From: an uncultured Gammaproteobacteria bacterium | GTDB lineage: Bacteria; Patescibacteriota; Microgenomatia; Woykebacterales; RBG-16-39-9b | Assembly: GCA_964360785.1 (NCBI GenBank) | Contig: CAYHXX010000004.1 | Coordinates: forward strand, 5,568 to 69,567 | Direction: 5' to 3' | Length of the DNA: 64,000 bases | In this document: positions 27,800 through 37,186 of the stretch, one piece after another | Numbering within the stretch: the stretch's first letter is position 1 | Layout of the letters: each line of letters begins with the position of its first letter | Made by a program: the position numbers and the translations under genes | Notes under the pieces: generated by a model | The model's database searches: none | Told to the model about the DNA's origin: nothing | The model's input: only the letters and a program-made list of their open reading frames with translations

Positions 27800-28198
27800 A
27801 TGGAGCCCCTTCCGGTAATTGACCTTATTAACGCTCAACTAACGAGAAGAGAGAAGGAATTTGGGATCAGAGACGACAGTCGGCTCAATAATGTTTGGCA
27901 TGAGGCTCTCAGCTATTGGCACTATATCTTTGAAGAGATCATGGAGTTAGCCGAAGCGGGTAAGCCCCTCTCACGAAAGGGGCTGTTGCAGGACATTGCC
28001 TGGGCAAAAGAAGAGTCCATGAAAGTGTTTGGTATCAACAGAAATTTCGAAGATCCGGAGAGTTTGTGGTTCTTTGCTGTCTGCAAAGATATCCTCGAGC
28101 CCTTGGCTTGGCGTCTTGCCCGAATGCGAAAGAGAGACAGGAAGGTGATAGATATAAGGAGGAGAACAGCCGAGATCATTCAAATGCCTGTTCGCTAA
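27800..28198 (+). CDS. hypothetical protein (ATG at 27800 within ORF 27722..28198)
   Basis: SD caaggagg before ATG; moderately GC-rich. Confidence 0.35.
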   Translation: MEPLPVIDLINAQLTRREKEFGIRDDSRLNNVWHEALSYWHYIFEEIMELAEAGKPLSRKGLLQDIAWAKEESMKVFGINRNFEDPESLWFFAVCKDILEPLAWRLARMRKRDRKVIDIRRRTAEIIQMPVR

Positions 28199-28275
28199 GA
28201 CGCCTTGTTCACGGTTAAACCGGAATCGGGCGTTTTCTTTTCTCATGATCTCGTATCTGCTAGAATGTTACTTCA

Positions 28276-28872
28276 ATGCAAATCCCCAAAAGTGTAGCGG
28301 CGGTTATCGCTGAATTTGAAAAACTTCCTGGTATTGGGCCAAAGAGTGCCCAGAGGCTGACCTATTATTTACTTCACGCGCCCAAAGAATATGCTCACGC
28401 CCTCTCTTCTGCAATTTCCGAGCTGCGGGACAAGACAGTGCTTTGTAGCACTTGTTACAACGTTGCCGAAGCAGATCCTTGTGAAGTTTGCGCAAGTACA
28501 TCCCGTGACCGCTCGGTGATCATGGTAGTTGAGGAACCCCTTGACGCTTTGGCGATGGAGCGTTCAGGTTCTTTCAAAGGCATGTATCACGTTCTTCACG
28601 GAGTGATCGCGCCACTTGATAATATTGGTCCAGATGAGCTCTACCTCAAACAGCTTTTGCCGAGATTGAAGTCAGGCGAGGTTAACGAAGTGATTTTGGC
28701 GACCAATCCAAATATCGAAGGCGAGGCCACCGCAATGTATATCCAAAAACTACTTTCACCACTTGGGCTTCACATTACCCGGATCGCACGTGGGCTGCCC
28801 ACAGGAGCCGATCTGGAATATGCTGATGAAACTACTCTTTCGCGGGCAGTCGAGGGAAGAGTGGACTTTTAG
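28276..28872 (+). CDS. recR: recombination protein RecR
   Basis: HhH LPGIGPKSAQRL, C4 zinc finger CSTCYNVAEADPCEVC, Toprim. Confidence 0.9.
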   Translation: MQIPKSVAAVIAEFEKLPGIGPKSAQRLTYYLLHAPKEYAHALSSAISELRDKTVLCSTCYNVAEADPCEVCASTSRDRSVIMVVEEPLDALAMERSGSFKGMYHVLHGVIAPLDNIGPDELYLKQLLPRLKSGEVNEVILATNPNIEGEATAMYIQKLLSPLGLHITRIARGLPTGADLEYADETTLSRAVEGRVDF

Positions 28873-28962
28873 ATTTGACTTTCAAGTCCGCGAGAATGCA
28901 AACCTTCTTAGATTTGACTTTCAAGTCCGCGAGAATGCAAACCTTCTTAGATTTGACAAGGT
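28870..28962. repeat. 39-bp direct tandem repeat, about 2.4 copies, beginning at the recR stop codon
   Basis: tagatttgactttcaagtccgcgagaatgcaaaccttct repeated perfectly at 28870-28908 and 28909-28947 plus a partial third copy. Confidence 0.85.
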
Positions 28963-28992
28963 TTGAGACTGAGTATTAGAGTTAACTTAACA

Positions 28993-29337
28993 ATGACCTC
29001 ACAACTGCTCGCTCTGCTCAATCCCTTCCTCACCGTCGGTATATCGACTTTTGTACTGTACTATTATTTCGTCAAACCCAAACACAAACTTCGTAAAGAA
29101 CAACTGCTGCTTTTTTGGTTTCTGGTGTCAGCGGTATTTTTCTTCATTCCGTATATTCCCAAAAATATAACAGTTCCCTTTGCCTATTTTCTAATCCAGT
29201 CAGCAGTAGCGTATCTACTGTTGCGGAACTACTGGAAAGTTACAGATAAGGAACCACTGAAACTTACCGCTATTTTTGTAGGGTGCAATGTCTTTACAAT
29301 TGTGATTTTTGGCTATCTTTTCAATGGTGTAGTTTAA
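28993..29337 (+). CDS. hypothetical membrane protein
   Basis: three to four hydrophobic segments; ATG at 28993 within ORF 28963..29337. Confidence 0.4.
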   Translation: MTSQLLALLNPFLTVGISTFVLYYYFVKPKHKLRKEQLLLFWFLVSAVFFFIPYIPKNITVPFAYFLIQSAVAYLLLRNYWKVTDKEPLKLTAIFVGCNVFTIVIFGYLFNGVV

Positions 29338-29371
29338 AATTCCTTTTCCAAAGTCTATACTAGCAACTGTC

Positions 29372-29866
29372 ATGTCTGAGCAGAAAATCCTAAATATTGT
29401 TTTGAGCCCAGTGGTTTACCGGGGCCAAATCTTACTTCTCAAAAGAGCCAAAGAACCTTTTAAAGATTTGTGGGGGATGCCAGGCGGTAAGGTCGAGTTT
29501 GGGGAAAATATTGATACAGCGATTGAAAGGGAGATCAGGGAAGAAACAGGATTGCCTGTAAAGTTTACTGCCGTGCGTGGCCTCGTTAACGAAACTTTCC
29601 ATGATAGCAAAACCGATAAAATAGAAGCCCAATCAATTATTTTCGTTTGTGAGGTGCATCCTGCGCACAATAAACACGTTGATTCGGTTGAGGGTAAATT
29701 GGCATGGTTCAAACTTAAAGATTGGCCAAAACTGAAAAAACAGATTATCCCTTCCGACTACCTGATGGTTGAGAGGTTTATCATCCGACAAAGACAGGCT
29801 ATTTCCGTTAATAAGGTGAAAATGTTGCAAGGAAGAGAATATAAAATCTCAAGGACAGATTTATAA
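29372..29866 (+). CDS. NUDIX hydrolase
   Basis: Nudix box GGKVEFGENIDTAIEREIREETGL. Confidence 0.8.
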   Translation: MSEQKILNIVLSPVVYRGQILLLKRAKEPFKDLWGMPGGKVEFGENIDTAIEREIREETGLPVKFTAVRGLVNETFHDSKTDKIEAQSIIFVCEVHPAHNKHVDSVEGKLAWFKLKDWPKLKKQIIPSDYLMVERFIIRQRQAISVNKVKMLQGREYKISRTDL

Positions 29867-30480
29867 TGACAACAATAGTAGTTGGTTTGGTAGGTCCAAT
29901 CGGTGTTGGTAAGACTACAATTGCAAATTATTTAGAAAGTACTGGTTTTCAAAAACTGAAATTTTCTGACCCCATCAAAGAAGAAACTGATCGTAGGAAA
30001 CTGACCAACACTAGAGAGGCCTATCAAGACATTGGGGACAGTTTGCGAGAAAAGTTTGGTAACGACTATATTTCCCGTTCGCTCCACGACAAAATCAAAG
30101 CAAAAGCCAATAAATCCTTTGTTGTCGAAGGGTTCCGCAATCCAGGAGAGATTTCCATTTTTCAAAAATTACCAAACTTTGTTCTGGTTGGTTTGAATGC
30201 TGATCCAAAAGTACGCTACGAAAGATTGAAAAATAGAGGCGAACCACACGATCCAAAAACTTGGGAAGCTTTTGAGAAACAAGAGGCTCGGGATCAGGGA
30301 ATTGGGCAGCCTGAGTATGGTCAGCAAGTGCTTGCGAGTTTGGAACTAGCTGATTTTGTTATTGACACAGATAAGGTACAATCAGAGGTAAATATAACGA
30401 TAGATAAAATATTAAAGGAGTTTCAGAATGACCCTAAAAGAACAATTTCAAGAAGATCTCAAGACTGCGCTTTTTGCTAG
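29866..30480 (+). CDS. P-loop nucleotide/nucleoside kinase-like protein (dephospho-CoA kinase or dNMP kinase-like)
   Basis: Walker A VGLVGPIGVGKTT; small size; family assignment uncertain. Confidence 0.45.
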   Translation: MTTIVVGLVGPIGVGKTTIANYLESTGFQKLKFSDPIKEETDRRKLTNTREAYQDIGDSLREKFGNDYISRSLHDKIKAKANKSFVVEGFRNPGEISIFQKLPNFVLVGLNADPKVRYERLKNRGEPHDPKTWEAFEKQEARDQGIGQPEYGQQVLASLELADFVIDTDKVQSEVNITIDKILKEFQNDPKRTISRRSQDCAFC

Positions 30481-30868
30481 AGAAGAACTCAGAGTTTCTA
30501 CAATCCGGATGCTGATTGCTGATATGAAAAATTATCAGATCGAGAAACAGCGGGAACTGGAAGATACTGATGTTGTCAGTTTGATCGAAAGACAGGTCAA
30601 GCGTCACCGCGAGAGTATCGAAGGTTTTGAAAAAGGAGCTCGTATCGAGATGGCGGAAAAAGAAAAAAAGGAACTCACAATCTTGCAAACTTACTTGCCT
30701 GAGCAAATTTCCGAAGAACAGATCGCCGCTGAAGTTGAAAAGGCAATTAACTCTACTACTGCCTCCACAATTGCCGACATGGGCAAAGTAATGGGAGCCT
30801 TGCAGACCCTCAAGGGTAAGGCTGATTTTTCAATAGTTTCAAAGTTGGTAAAAGAGAAATTATCTTAG
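30428..30868 (+). CDS. GatB/YqeY domain protein
   Basis: MTLKEQFQEDLKTALFAREELRVSTIRMLIADMKN..., YqeY-like helical domain. Confidence 0.8.
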   Translation: MTLKEQFQEDLKTALFAREELRVSTIRMLIADMKNYQIEKQRELEDTDVVSLIERQVKRHRESIEGFEKGARIEMAEKEKKELTILQTYLPEQISEEQIAAEVEKAINSTTASTIADMGKVMGALQTLKGKADFSIVSKLVKEKLS

Positions 30869-31011
30869 ACGACATTCTTGCCCGTTTGTTTCTTGAAATT
30901 CAACCTAAAAAAGAGTATATAGAAGTTAACACAATGCAACCGTCTGAAAGCCACCAGTGGTTGTGTTGACGTGCTGCCCGTTTTGTTAGTTGGATAAACC
31001 CGAAGCGTATT

Positions 31012-31620
31012 GGCGGGGGAACGCTATTGCAAGGGTGGTCTGGAAACCTGTGGCGGGGAGACACAGACCTTAAGGCTAACTAGGCACACGTCGGAACAGA
31101 AAGGGAAGGAGGTAGTGAGTAGAGACAATCGGAGTCTAATCACGAGGCAGGTGCAGATGGGTTTCACTTACCACATCGGCCTGCCTCACTTTTTTTGTTG
31201 TAACAGGCAATTTTCAAAAAAGTAATTATTGATTTTTTATTTTACTAGTACTATCGTTTATTTATCACATAGGGAAGGAGGTAGAGATATCGAGAGTTGG
31301 AAGTGGGGAGCGGCGTTTTGGCCAGGTGTCATAAGCCTGATCCGTCGAAAGAAGTGTACCTGGCCTCGGTTACCAGCAACCCCGCCGTTGGTTTTCCACT
31401 ATGCCGCTCCCTGCGTACCAGAAAGTTGAGAGTTCTCTGAGCAGACCGTTGAAAAGTCGAGAGTGCGAGGTCTCGGCTTTCCCTCAGCGTGTCAGCTCGG
31501 TGTTCTAGAAGACGGTCGCCCGAATGCACGTTCTACTTCCTCCTTTGAGAACGTATGCAGCGACCGTCTTCTCCTTCGGGCAGCCGGGATTCATGAAAAC
31601 CCACCCGCCACCAGGACATT
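31012..31620 (+). ncRNA. candidate structured ncRNA region (GC-rich, no convincing ORF); ends GGCGGGG...CCCGCCACCA
   Basis: 5' ggcggggg at 31012 complementary to cccgcc+acca at about 31605-31618; internal rho-independent terminator at about 31150-31200; very low protein-coding plausibility. Confidence 0.2.
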
Positions 31621-31785
31621 CCGTCCGGCTGCCCATCTTTTTTATATAAGCAGACTTGTATATTCAGAAATATATAGGAAGACCTGTATATTCAGAAATA
31701 TATCAAACTATTGCATTTTCTCCAAAAACAGGTATAATTTGATCTTAACGAGGCATCTTTTCATACCCCCTGAAGAGAACTATTT

Positions 31786-32211
31786 ATGTTAAGTATTTTT
31801 GGAAAAAAGTTTCATGAAAGTGAGACAAAATTGGCTGACCTGATAACCCGTTTTGCGGGGAGTATGACATTTGTCTACTTACACATTATCTGGTTTGCGC
31901 TTTGGATCCTTTTCGCCAAGCAAATTGGCGATACTTTTCCGTTCGGGCTTTTGACTATGGTTGTTTCCCTTGAAGCGATTTTTCTGGCTACCTTCATCAT
32001 GGTCAACCAAAACCGTCAGGCTGAGATTGCTGAACAACGGGAGATAGAAGATGAGCAGGAACAGGAAGAAATCGCTGAAGATATTGAGGACATTCAGCAA
32101 GAGTTTGACGAGATCCAAGATGATCTCTCAGAAGTCCGCCGTTTAATTGAAAAGATTGAAAAAAGAATTCCTAACCCAGCCGACCAGGCTAGCAAACTTC
32201 AAGAGAAATAA
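31786..32211 (+). CDS. DUF1003-family membrane protein with acidic coiled-coil tail
   Basis: FAGSMTFVYLHIIWFALWI.., two TM then E/D-rich tail. Confidence 0.55.
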   Translation: MLSIFGKKFHESETKLADLITRFAGSMTFVYLHIIWFALWILFAKQIGDTFPFGLLTMVVSLEAIFLATFIMVNQNRQAEIAEQREIEDEQEQEEIAEDIEDIQQEFDEIQDDLSEVRRLIEKIEKRIPNPADQASKLQEK

Positions 32212-32246
32212 TTGACTTTAACCTTTTCTAAAAATACAATAAAGAT

Positions 32247-32624
32247 ATGAAAGCAGTTGAGTTTAAAATAAAAACACAACCTTGGACTGGTTGGCAAAAA
32301 GAACAGGCTGAAGCAAAAGAGGAAAAGGCGACCGTCAAGATTGGTGATATGCTTTATTTACACTCTGACATGGCAAAAGCAGTTACTGAACCAGCAGTTG
32401 GACGGGCAGACTATAATTTTACAGTTTCAGTTCGGGACGACAGTGTTATTTTGGTACCTAGCTTACCAGTACCTGTAAATGACCAAGGAGGGATTGATCT
32501 TGGGGCTAATCGGGAAAATATAATTTCAATTGCAAAAGGTGAGTCAAAGCGGCTGGCGACACCAACAATGGATGGTGGAACGAAATGGGAAATTACAGTT
32601 GAAGACATAAAAGAAATCGATTAG
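32247..32624 (+). CDS. hypothetical protein
   Basis: low-GC ORF with terminator at 32650-32680. Confidence 0.4.
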   Translation: MKAVEFKIKTQPWTGWQKEQAEAKEEKATVKIGDMLYLHSDMAKAVTEPAVGRADYNFTVSVRDDSVILVPSLPVPVNDQGGIDLGANRENIISIAKGESKRLATPTMDGGTKWEITVEDIKEID

Positions 32625-32741
32625 AGGTTTGATAAGAATTATTTTAAAATCTAATTACTAGCCTCAAGGCTAGTTTTTTGTTGTATAAGCACGATAATTC
32701 CATCTCGCGCTTGTAACTCTGACGAGTTATAATCACAGCCA

Positions 32742-34130
32742 ATGGCTGATATTTTTCTAACAAATACGCTGTCGAGAAAGAAGGAAAAATTTGAACCGAT
32801 TAAACCAGGTTTTGTTGGGATCTATTCTTGTGGACCGACAGTTTATCGCAACGTTCATATTGGTAACCTGCGCACCTATATCGCTGCTGATTTATTAAAA
32901 AGAATGTTCCAGTACAATGGTTTTCACATAAACCATGTGAAAAATATCACTGACGTTGGCCATATGCGTACTACTGGTGCAGATGAAGCCTATGATCCGA
33001 TCATCAATGAAGCTATAAAAGAGGGAAAAACGCCACTAGAGATTTCCCAGCACTATACTGACCTTTATAACCAAGATGAGGCTAAACTCAATATTATTCC
33101 GGCCAATGAAAATCCCAAAGCGACCGACCATATAGAGGAGATGATCGAGATCATCAAAAAACTTCTGGAAAAAGGTTTTGCCTACGAAAGTACTGGAAAT
33201 GTGTACTTTGAAGTTAAGAAGTTTAAAGAATACGGCAAGCTCTCGGGAAATACCCTGGAAAAAATGGACCAACTGTTGGAGGCAGTTAGGGTCTCAGTCG
33301 AAACAGATAAAAACGAAACTGCAGATTTCGCTCTTTGGAAAAAAGCAGACGAGGGGCGGGCGATGGTCTGGGATAGCCCTTGGGGTAAGGGTTTTCCTGG
33401 TTGGCACATTGAGTGTTCAGCCATGTCGGTCAAATATTTGGGAGAGAACTTTGATATTCACACTGGTGCCGAGGATCTGATCTTTCCACATCACGAGGAC
33501 GAGATTGCCCAGTCAGAAGCCGCCTTTGGGAAAAAATTTGTTAACTTTTGGTCACACGCTGGTTACTTGCTTGTCGATGGGAAAAAAATGGCCCGTTCGG
33601 CCGGCAATTTTTACATTCTCGACGATATTATAAAAAAAGGTTTTAGCCCGTTGGCTTTTCGTTATCTGACACTGACGACTCACTATAAATCCAGACTCAA
33701 TTTTACCTGGGAGTCTTTGGAAGCTTCCCAAAATGCTTTGAACAATCTGTATAGGGAAATCTCAAGTTATAGCCAGCCTTCGAAAGAAACTCTGGGAAAT
33801 TTTGAAAAGAAATTTCTCGAGGCTATAAACGATGATCTCGACATGCCCAAAGCTTTAACAATTATCCAAGAGATACTTGATAGTAAAGAAGAGGATGGGA
33901 AAAAACTTGCTACGTTGATCAAATTTGATGAAGTGTTGGGTCTGAATCTTCGCGATAATGTTGGTGGTGAGATACCAACAGATGTTGAAGCTCTGGTAAG
34001 GGAAAGACATGCTGCACGAATTTCGAAAGATTGGGCCAAGTCTGATGAACTTCGTAAAAAGATTGCAGACCTGGGTTTTGAAGTTATCGATTCGGGGGAT
34101 AGCTCCAAATTGAAGAAGATTATCAAGTAA
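32742..34130 (+). CDS. cysS: cysteinyl-tRNA synthetase
   Basis: HIGN motif (VHIGNLRTY), KMSKS-like KMARSAGN, Zn-binding Cys. Confidence 0.9.
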   Translation: MADIFLTNTLSRKKEKFEPIKPGFVGIYSCGPTVYRNVHIGNLRTYIAADLLKRMFQYNGFHINHVKNITDVGHMRTTGADEAYDPIINEAIKEGKTPLEISQHYTDLYNQDEAKLNIIPANENPKATDHIEEMIEIIKKLLEKGFAYESTGNVYFEVKKFKEYGKLSGNTLEKMDQLLEAVRVSVETDKNETADFALWKKADEGRAMVWDSPWGKGFPGWHIECSAMSVKYLGENFDIHTGAEDLIFPHHEDEIAQSEAAFGKKFVNFWSHAGYLLVDGKKMARSAGNFYILDDIIKKGFSPLAFRYLTLTTHYKSRLNFTWESLEASQNALNNLYREISSYSQPSKETLGNFEKKFLEAINDDLDMPKALTIIQEILDSKEEDGKKLATLIKFDEVLGLNLRDNVGGEIPTDVEALVRERHAARISKDWAKSDELRKKIADLGFEVIDSGDSSKLKKIIK

Positions 34131-34189
34131 AATATGTTGCAATATGAGAGTAATTGACACCTAGCTGCTTGTTTGCTAGTATATTTTGC

Positions 34190-34264
34190 AATGGGTTCCA
34201 AGTTTAACATCGTTCTCGTTATTAGCCTCACCCTTATGGAGGGCGGCTCTGACGTTGACCGGTA
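34190..34264 (+). CDS. candidate 24-aa hydrophobic peptide MGSKFNIVLVISLTLMEGGSDVDR, near-leaderless
   Basis: promoter ttgaca(34153)-17/18-tagtat ends 8 nt before the ATG; terminator hairpin gacctcctaccacaggaggtttttt follows at 34294-34320. Confidence 0.2.
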
Positions 34265-34351
34265 AGTTACCTGGAACAACAACGAACGAGCTGACCTCCT
34301 ACCACAGGAGGTTTTTTCGTTTGTTGGAGCTCAAAGCCATCCGGAAGTGAG

Positions 34352-34855
34352 GTGGAAAGTTTCCACCGCCAGGCCAAGCAAGGAGGAATGGTAATGGCCG
34401 AAGGTAGTCTCAACGGGTTCAAGGGAGAGATCGTGCGGTTCCGGTTGCAAGATGTGCCAGAACCTGTGGTAGTCTGTTACGTCAAGAGGACTGGCCTTGC
34501 CGCGGTGTGGATCAAGGCGTTGGGACGTCACGACGCGGAGGTAGAGCTATCCGGCGCTGGCTTTACTGAGATCGAGGCCGCGACCAACGCTGTTCGGCAG
34601 CTGCTCGGTGAGGCTGACGGCAACCAGTTGAAAGTCTACCGAGCGGAGCCCAAGCGGGAGAAGCGCAGTGGCGTTAGCGTAGTTCAGTCGGCCATCTCCT
34701 ACGATGTCGGCGCCGAATACCGCGAGGAGTTCGGACAGGGGACTGGTGCCCACCGACTTGCCACCCAAGCTTATATCATGGCGCTCTTCACGGCGATCAA
34801 TAAGATCCACGTGAAGTTGGCGAACCGCGAGATGGTACCGGTAAGGACAGCATAG
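34352..34855 (+). CDS. hypothetical protein, GC-rich (likely start ATG 34394 after SD aaggagga)
   Basis: high GC3 ORF; no recognised motif. Confidence 0.4.
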   Translation: MESFHRQAKQGGMVMAEGSLNGFKGEIVRFRLQDVPEPVVVCYVKRTGLAAVWIKALGRHDAEVELSGAGFTEIEAATNAVRQLLGEADGNQLKVYRAEPKREKRSGVSVVQSAISYDVGAEYREEFGQGTGAHRLATQAYIMALFTAINKIHVKLANREMVPVRTA

Positions 34856-34916
34856 AAAGAAGAAAAAGAGATGGTCCTTCACGCCTCCGAACCGCATTGG
34901 ATCGGAGGCTTCTTTT

Positions 34917-36404
34917 TTGGTACAATTGAAGGTACTTAAAACAACCATGCCCAGGTACTCAAGCCTCAAGCCTAATTTTCAAAAAGGATTCACGTTTTTG
35001 CACAGCGAAAAGGCAGAACGAGTGCTAAAATTGTTTTTGCAAAAAGCAAAAACCAGCACTGGATTTACACTTTCGGAGGTTCTGATAGCTTCTGCGATTA
35101 TCGCGATTATCGGTGTGTCCATAATGAGCACCGTCGCCCTTTTTCTCAAGTTTTCGGCTGATGCACGCGGGCAAATCCAAGCCCAAAATCTCGCTCATCA
35201 GAAAATCGAATTTATCCGCAACATGCCTTATGACGACGTAGCCACAGTAGCAGGGGCGATCTACCCACCGGGAAACATTCCGGATAATGAAGACATCACG
35301 GTCGACAATCAAGTTTATAAAGTTCAGACACTGATAAACTACGTTGATGACCCCTTTGATGGGGATGTTGGGGGGACAATAGTTGGAAAACCAGTGGATA
35401 TTTATCCCTATGACTACAAAAAGATCAGTATAAAAATTCGGGATAAGAATAATTCCAAAATATTGGCTCAGACTACAACAACAATGTCGGCCAAGGCTGC
35501 TGAAACTGCAACCAATACGGGAATTTTATCCTTGCGAGTGCAGAATTCCCAGGGGAATCCTGTAGCAGGAGCAGTTGTTAATGTTACCAACCCGACTCCA
35601 GTTCCGCCGGTCAATATCAATACATTTACTGATGTTTCCGGACTAGTTTTGATACCGTCGCTTCCACCAAGTTCAAACAATGAGTATCATGTTACGGTGA
35701 GTTTAAGTGGTTACAACAGCGACTCTACCAACCCAGCTTTTGCTCCCAACAACCTTAGCCCAGTGAAGCCAGACTTCAATATTCTAGCGCAGCAAATAAC
35801 GCCACTAACGTTGGAAATAGATCTTGTGGGTAGCATGCAAATAACCGCAAGAGATACTGCTGGAGCAGTCATGACTGGTCTAAACCTGAGCGTGAAAGGG
35901 GATAAATTGACTTATGCTTCTCCAGATACATACAAGTTTAGTCAAACTGCCGCAACTGACGGCAGTGGTGTGGTAAATTTGAGCAATCTCGAGTGGGATA
36001 GCTATAGTATCGCTGTGCCCAGTGGTTACTACATTGTTTCAAGTTCGCCTTATCAGAAAGTTAGCGTCAGTGCGGGTCAGGGTATCAATGTAAGTTTAGT
36101 GGTTACAAACAATAGTAACTATCCGACTGTAGCCAGCACCATGCCAAGTGCGGGAGTGAATAACTCGACCTTAGATTTCAACATTACCGGTACAAATCTA
36201 GTTTCGGGAACAACCGTGCTCTTGCGTCTGGCTGGGCAGCCTGATATCAGTGCAACCGGAGTTATTAGTGCCAGTGGAGATACAGAATTAACGGGCACAT
36301 TTGATTTAACCGGAAAACAATCAGGGATTTGGGATTTGATAGTTACAGATCCGAGTAGCCGGGTTGTGACGCAAACTGGCGGTTTTAGCATCAGCGCACC
36401 CTAA
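34917..36404 (+). CDS. type IV pilin-like protein with long leader
   Basis: class III signal KTSTG|FTLSEVLIASAIIAIIG (E at +5) preceded by a leader containing QKGFTF decoy motif. Confidence 0.6.
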   Translation: MVQLKVLKTTMPRYSSLKPNFQKGFTFLHSEKAERVLKLFLQKAKTSTGFTLSEVLIASAIIAIIGVSIMSTVALFLKFSADARGQIQAQNLAHQKIEFIRNMPYDDVATVAGAIYPPGNIPDNEDITVDNQVYKVQTLINYVDDPFDGDVGGTIVGKPVDIYPYDYKKISIKIRDKNNSKILAQTTTTMSAKAAETATNTGILSLRVQNSQGNPVAGAVVNVTNPTPVPPVNINTFTDVSGLVLIPSLPPSSNNEYHVTVSLSGYNSDSTNPAFAPNNLSPVKPDFNILAQQITPLTLEIDLVGSMQITARDTAGAVMTGLNLSVKGDKLTYASPDTYKFSQTAATDGSGVVNLSNLEWDSYSIAVPSGYYIVSSSPYQKVSVSAGQGINVSLVVTNNSNYPTVASTMPSAGVNNSTLDFNITGTNLVSGTTVLLRLAGQPDISATGVISASGDTELTGTFDLTGKQSGIWDLIVTDPSSRVVTQTGGFSISAP

Positions 36405-36406
36405 AT

Positions 36407-37186
36407 ATGACAAGTGCTAAGGAATACATAAGAGAAAACAGTCCCGTACAAGAGCGAGGTTTTACGTTTTTACCTCGCAAAAAGGCAGAGCCTTTGTTAA
36501 AATCTTCAAACAAGGGATTTACGTTTTCACGAAGTGAAAAGGCAGAGCCTTTGTTAAAATCTTCAAACAAGGGATTTACGTTTTCACGAAGTGAAAAGGC
36601 AGAGCCTTTGTTAAAATCTTCAAACAAAGGCTTTACCTTGATTGAAATTTTGGTTGCAATGGCAGCCGGATCAATTATCTTAATCGTAGTTGCTCAGTTA
36701 TTTGTCAACGGTTTATTGTACAATCTAATCGGTTTTAATAGCTTTAACTCCCAGGCTGATGCGATTGCGGTACTCAATCGGGTTGCAAAAGAAATTCGTC
36801 AGGGTCCAGCTGTTGTAGTTGCTAATGATCAAAGTATAACGATACTCGAGTATCTAAATATCACTGATGACGCTCCCTACCAAGTCCGTTTCTATCTCAA
36901 TGGTGCCAATTTTATTCGCGGGCAGATTCCACCAACGGGTTCAGGTCCGAGCTACACCTACAACCCCGCTAGTGAAACTTTTAAGACGCTTGGTACAGCT
37001 ATACAAAATGGGGCAACCCCCATATTTACCTATTATGATCAGTATGGAAATCAATTGAGTAGTCCAATTATTACTGGAAACATTACTTTAGTTAAAGTGA
37101 CGTTAAATTTTGGGGAGACAAAACTGCGGACGGCTTTCACCGCCACGACTCAAGCACAACTGCGATTTAAAAAAACTAATTTATGA
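36407..37186 (+). CDS. type IV pilin/pseudopilin with about 70-aa repeat-containing leader
   Basis: NKG|FTLIEILVAMAAGSIILIV prepilin peptidase site; leader has 3 x KAEPLLKSSNKGFTFSRSE. Confidence 0.7.
   Translation: MTSAKEYIRENSPVQERGFTFLPRKKAEPLLKSSNKGFTFSRSEKAEPLLKSSNKGFTFSRSEKAEPLLKSSNKGFTLIEILVAMAAGSIILIVVAQLFVNGLLYNLIGFNSFNSQADAIAVLNRVAKEIRQGPAVVVANDQSITILEYLNITDDAPYQVRFYLNGANFIRGQIPPTGSGPSYTYNPASETFKTLGTAIQNGATPIFTYYDQYGNQLSSPIITGNITLVKVTLNFGETKLRTAFTATTQAQLRFKKTNL
36483..36640. repeat. 57-bp perfect tandem repeat (about 2.8 copies) inside the pilin leader coding region
   Basis: aggcagagcctttgttaaaatcttcaaacaagggatttacgttttcacgaagtgaaa x2 identical + partial; each unit holds hairpins aaaggc-agag-gccttt and ttttcac-gaa-gtgaaaa. 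Confidence 0.85.

Noticed and set aside
28870-28962. CRISPR array
   Set aside because: The repeats abut directly with no unique spacers (39-bp units x 2.4). The same holds for the 57-bp repeat at 36483-36640, which lies inside a coding region. No cas genes are present.
31010-31792. Protein-coding calls 31010..31225, 31229..31429, 31329..31529(-), 31463..31792
   Set aside because: There are no acceptable start codons after the SD-like ggaggt motifs (ATA/ATC), the frames overlap, and they cross a strong terminator. The region is treated as non-coding or structured RNA instead.
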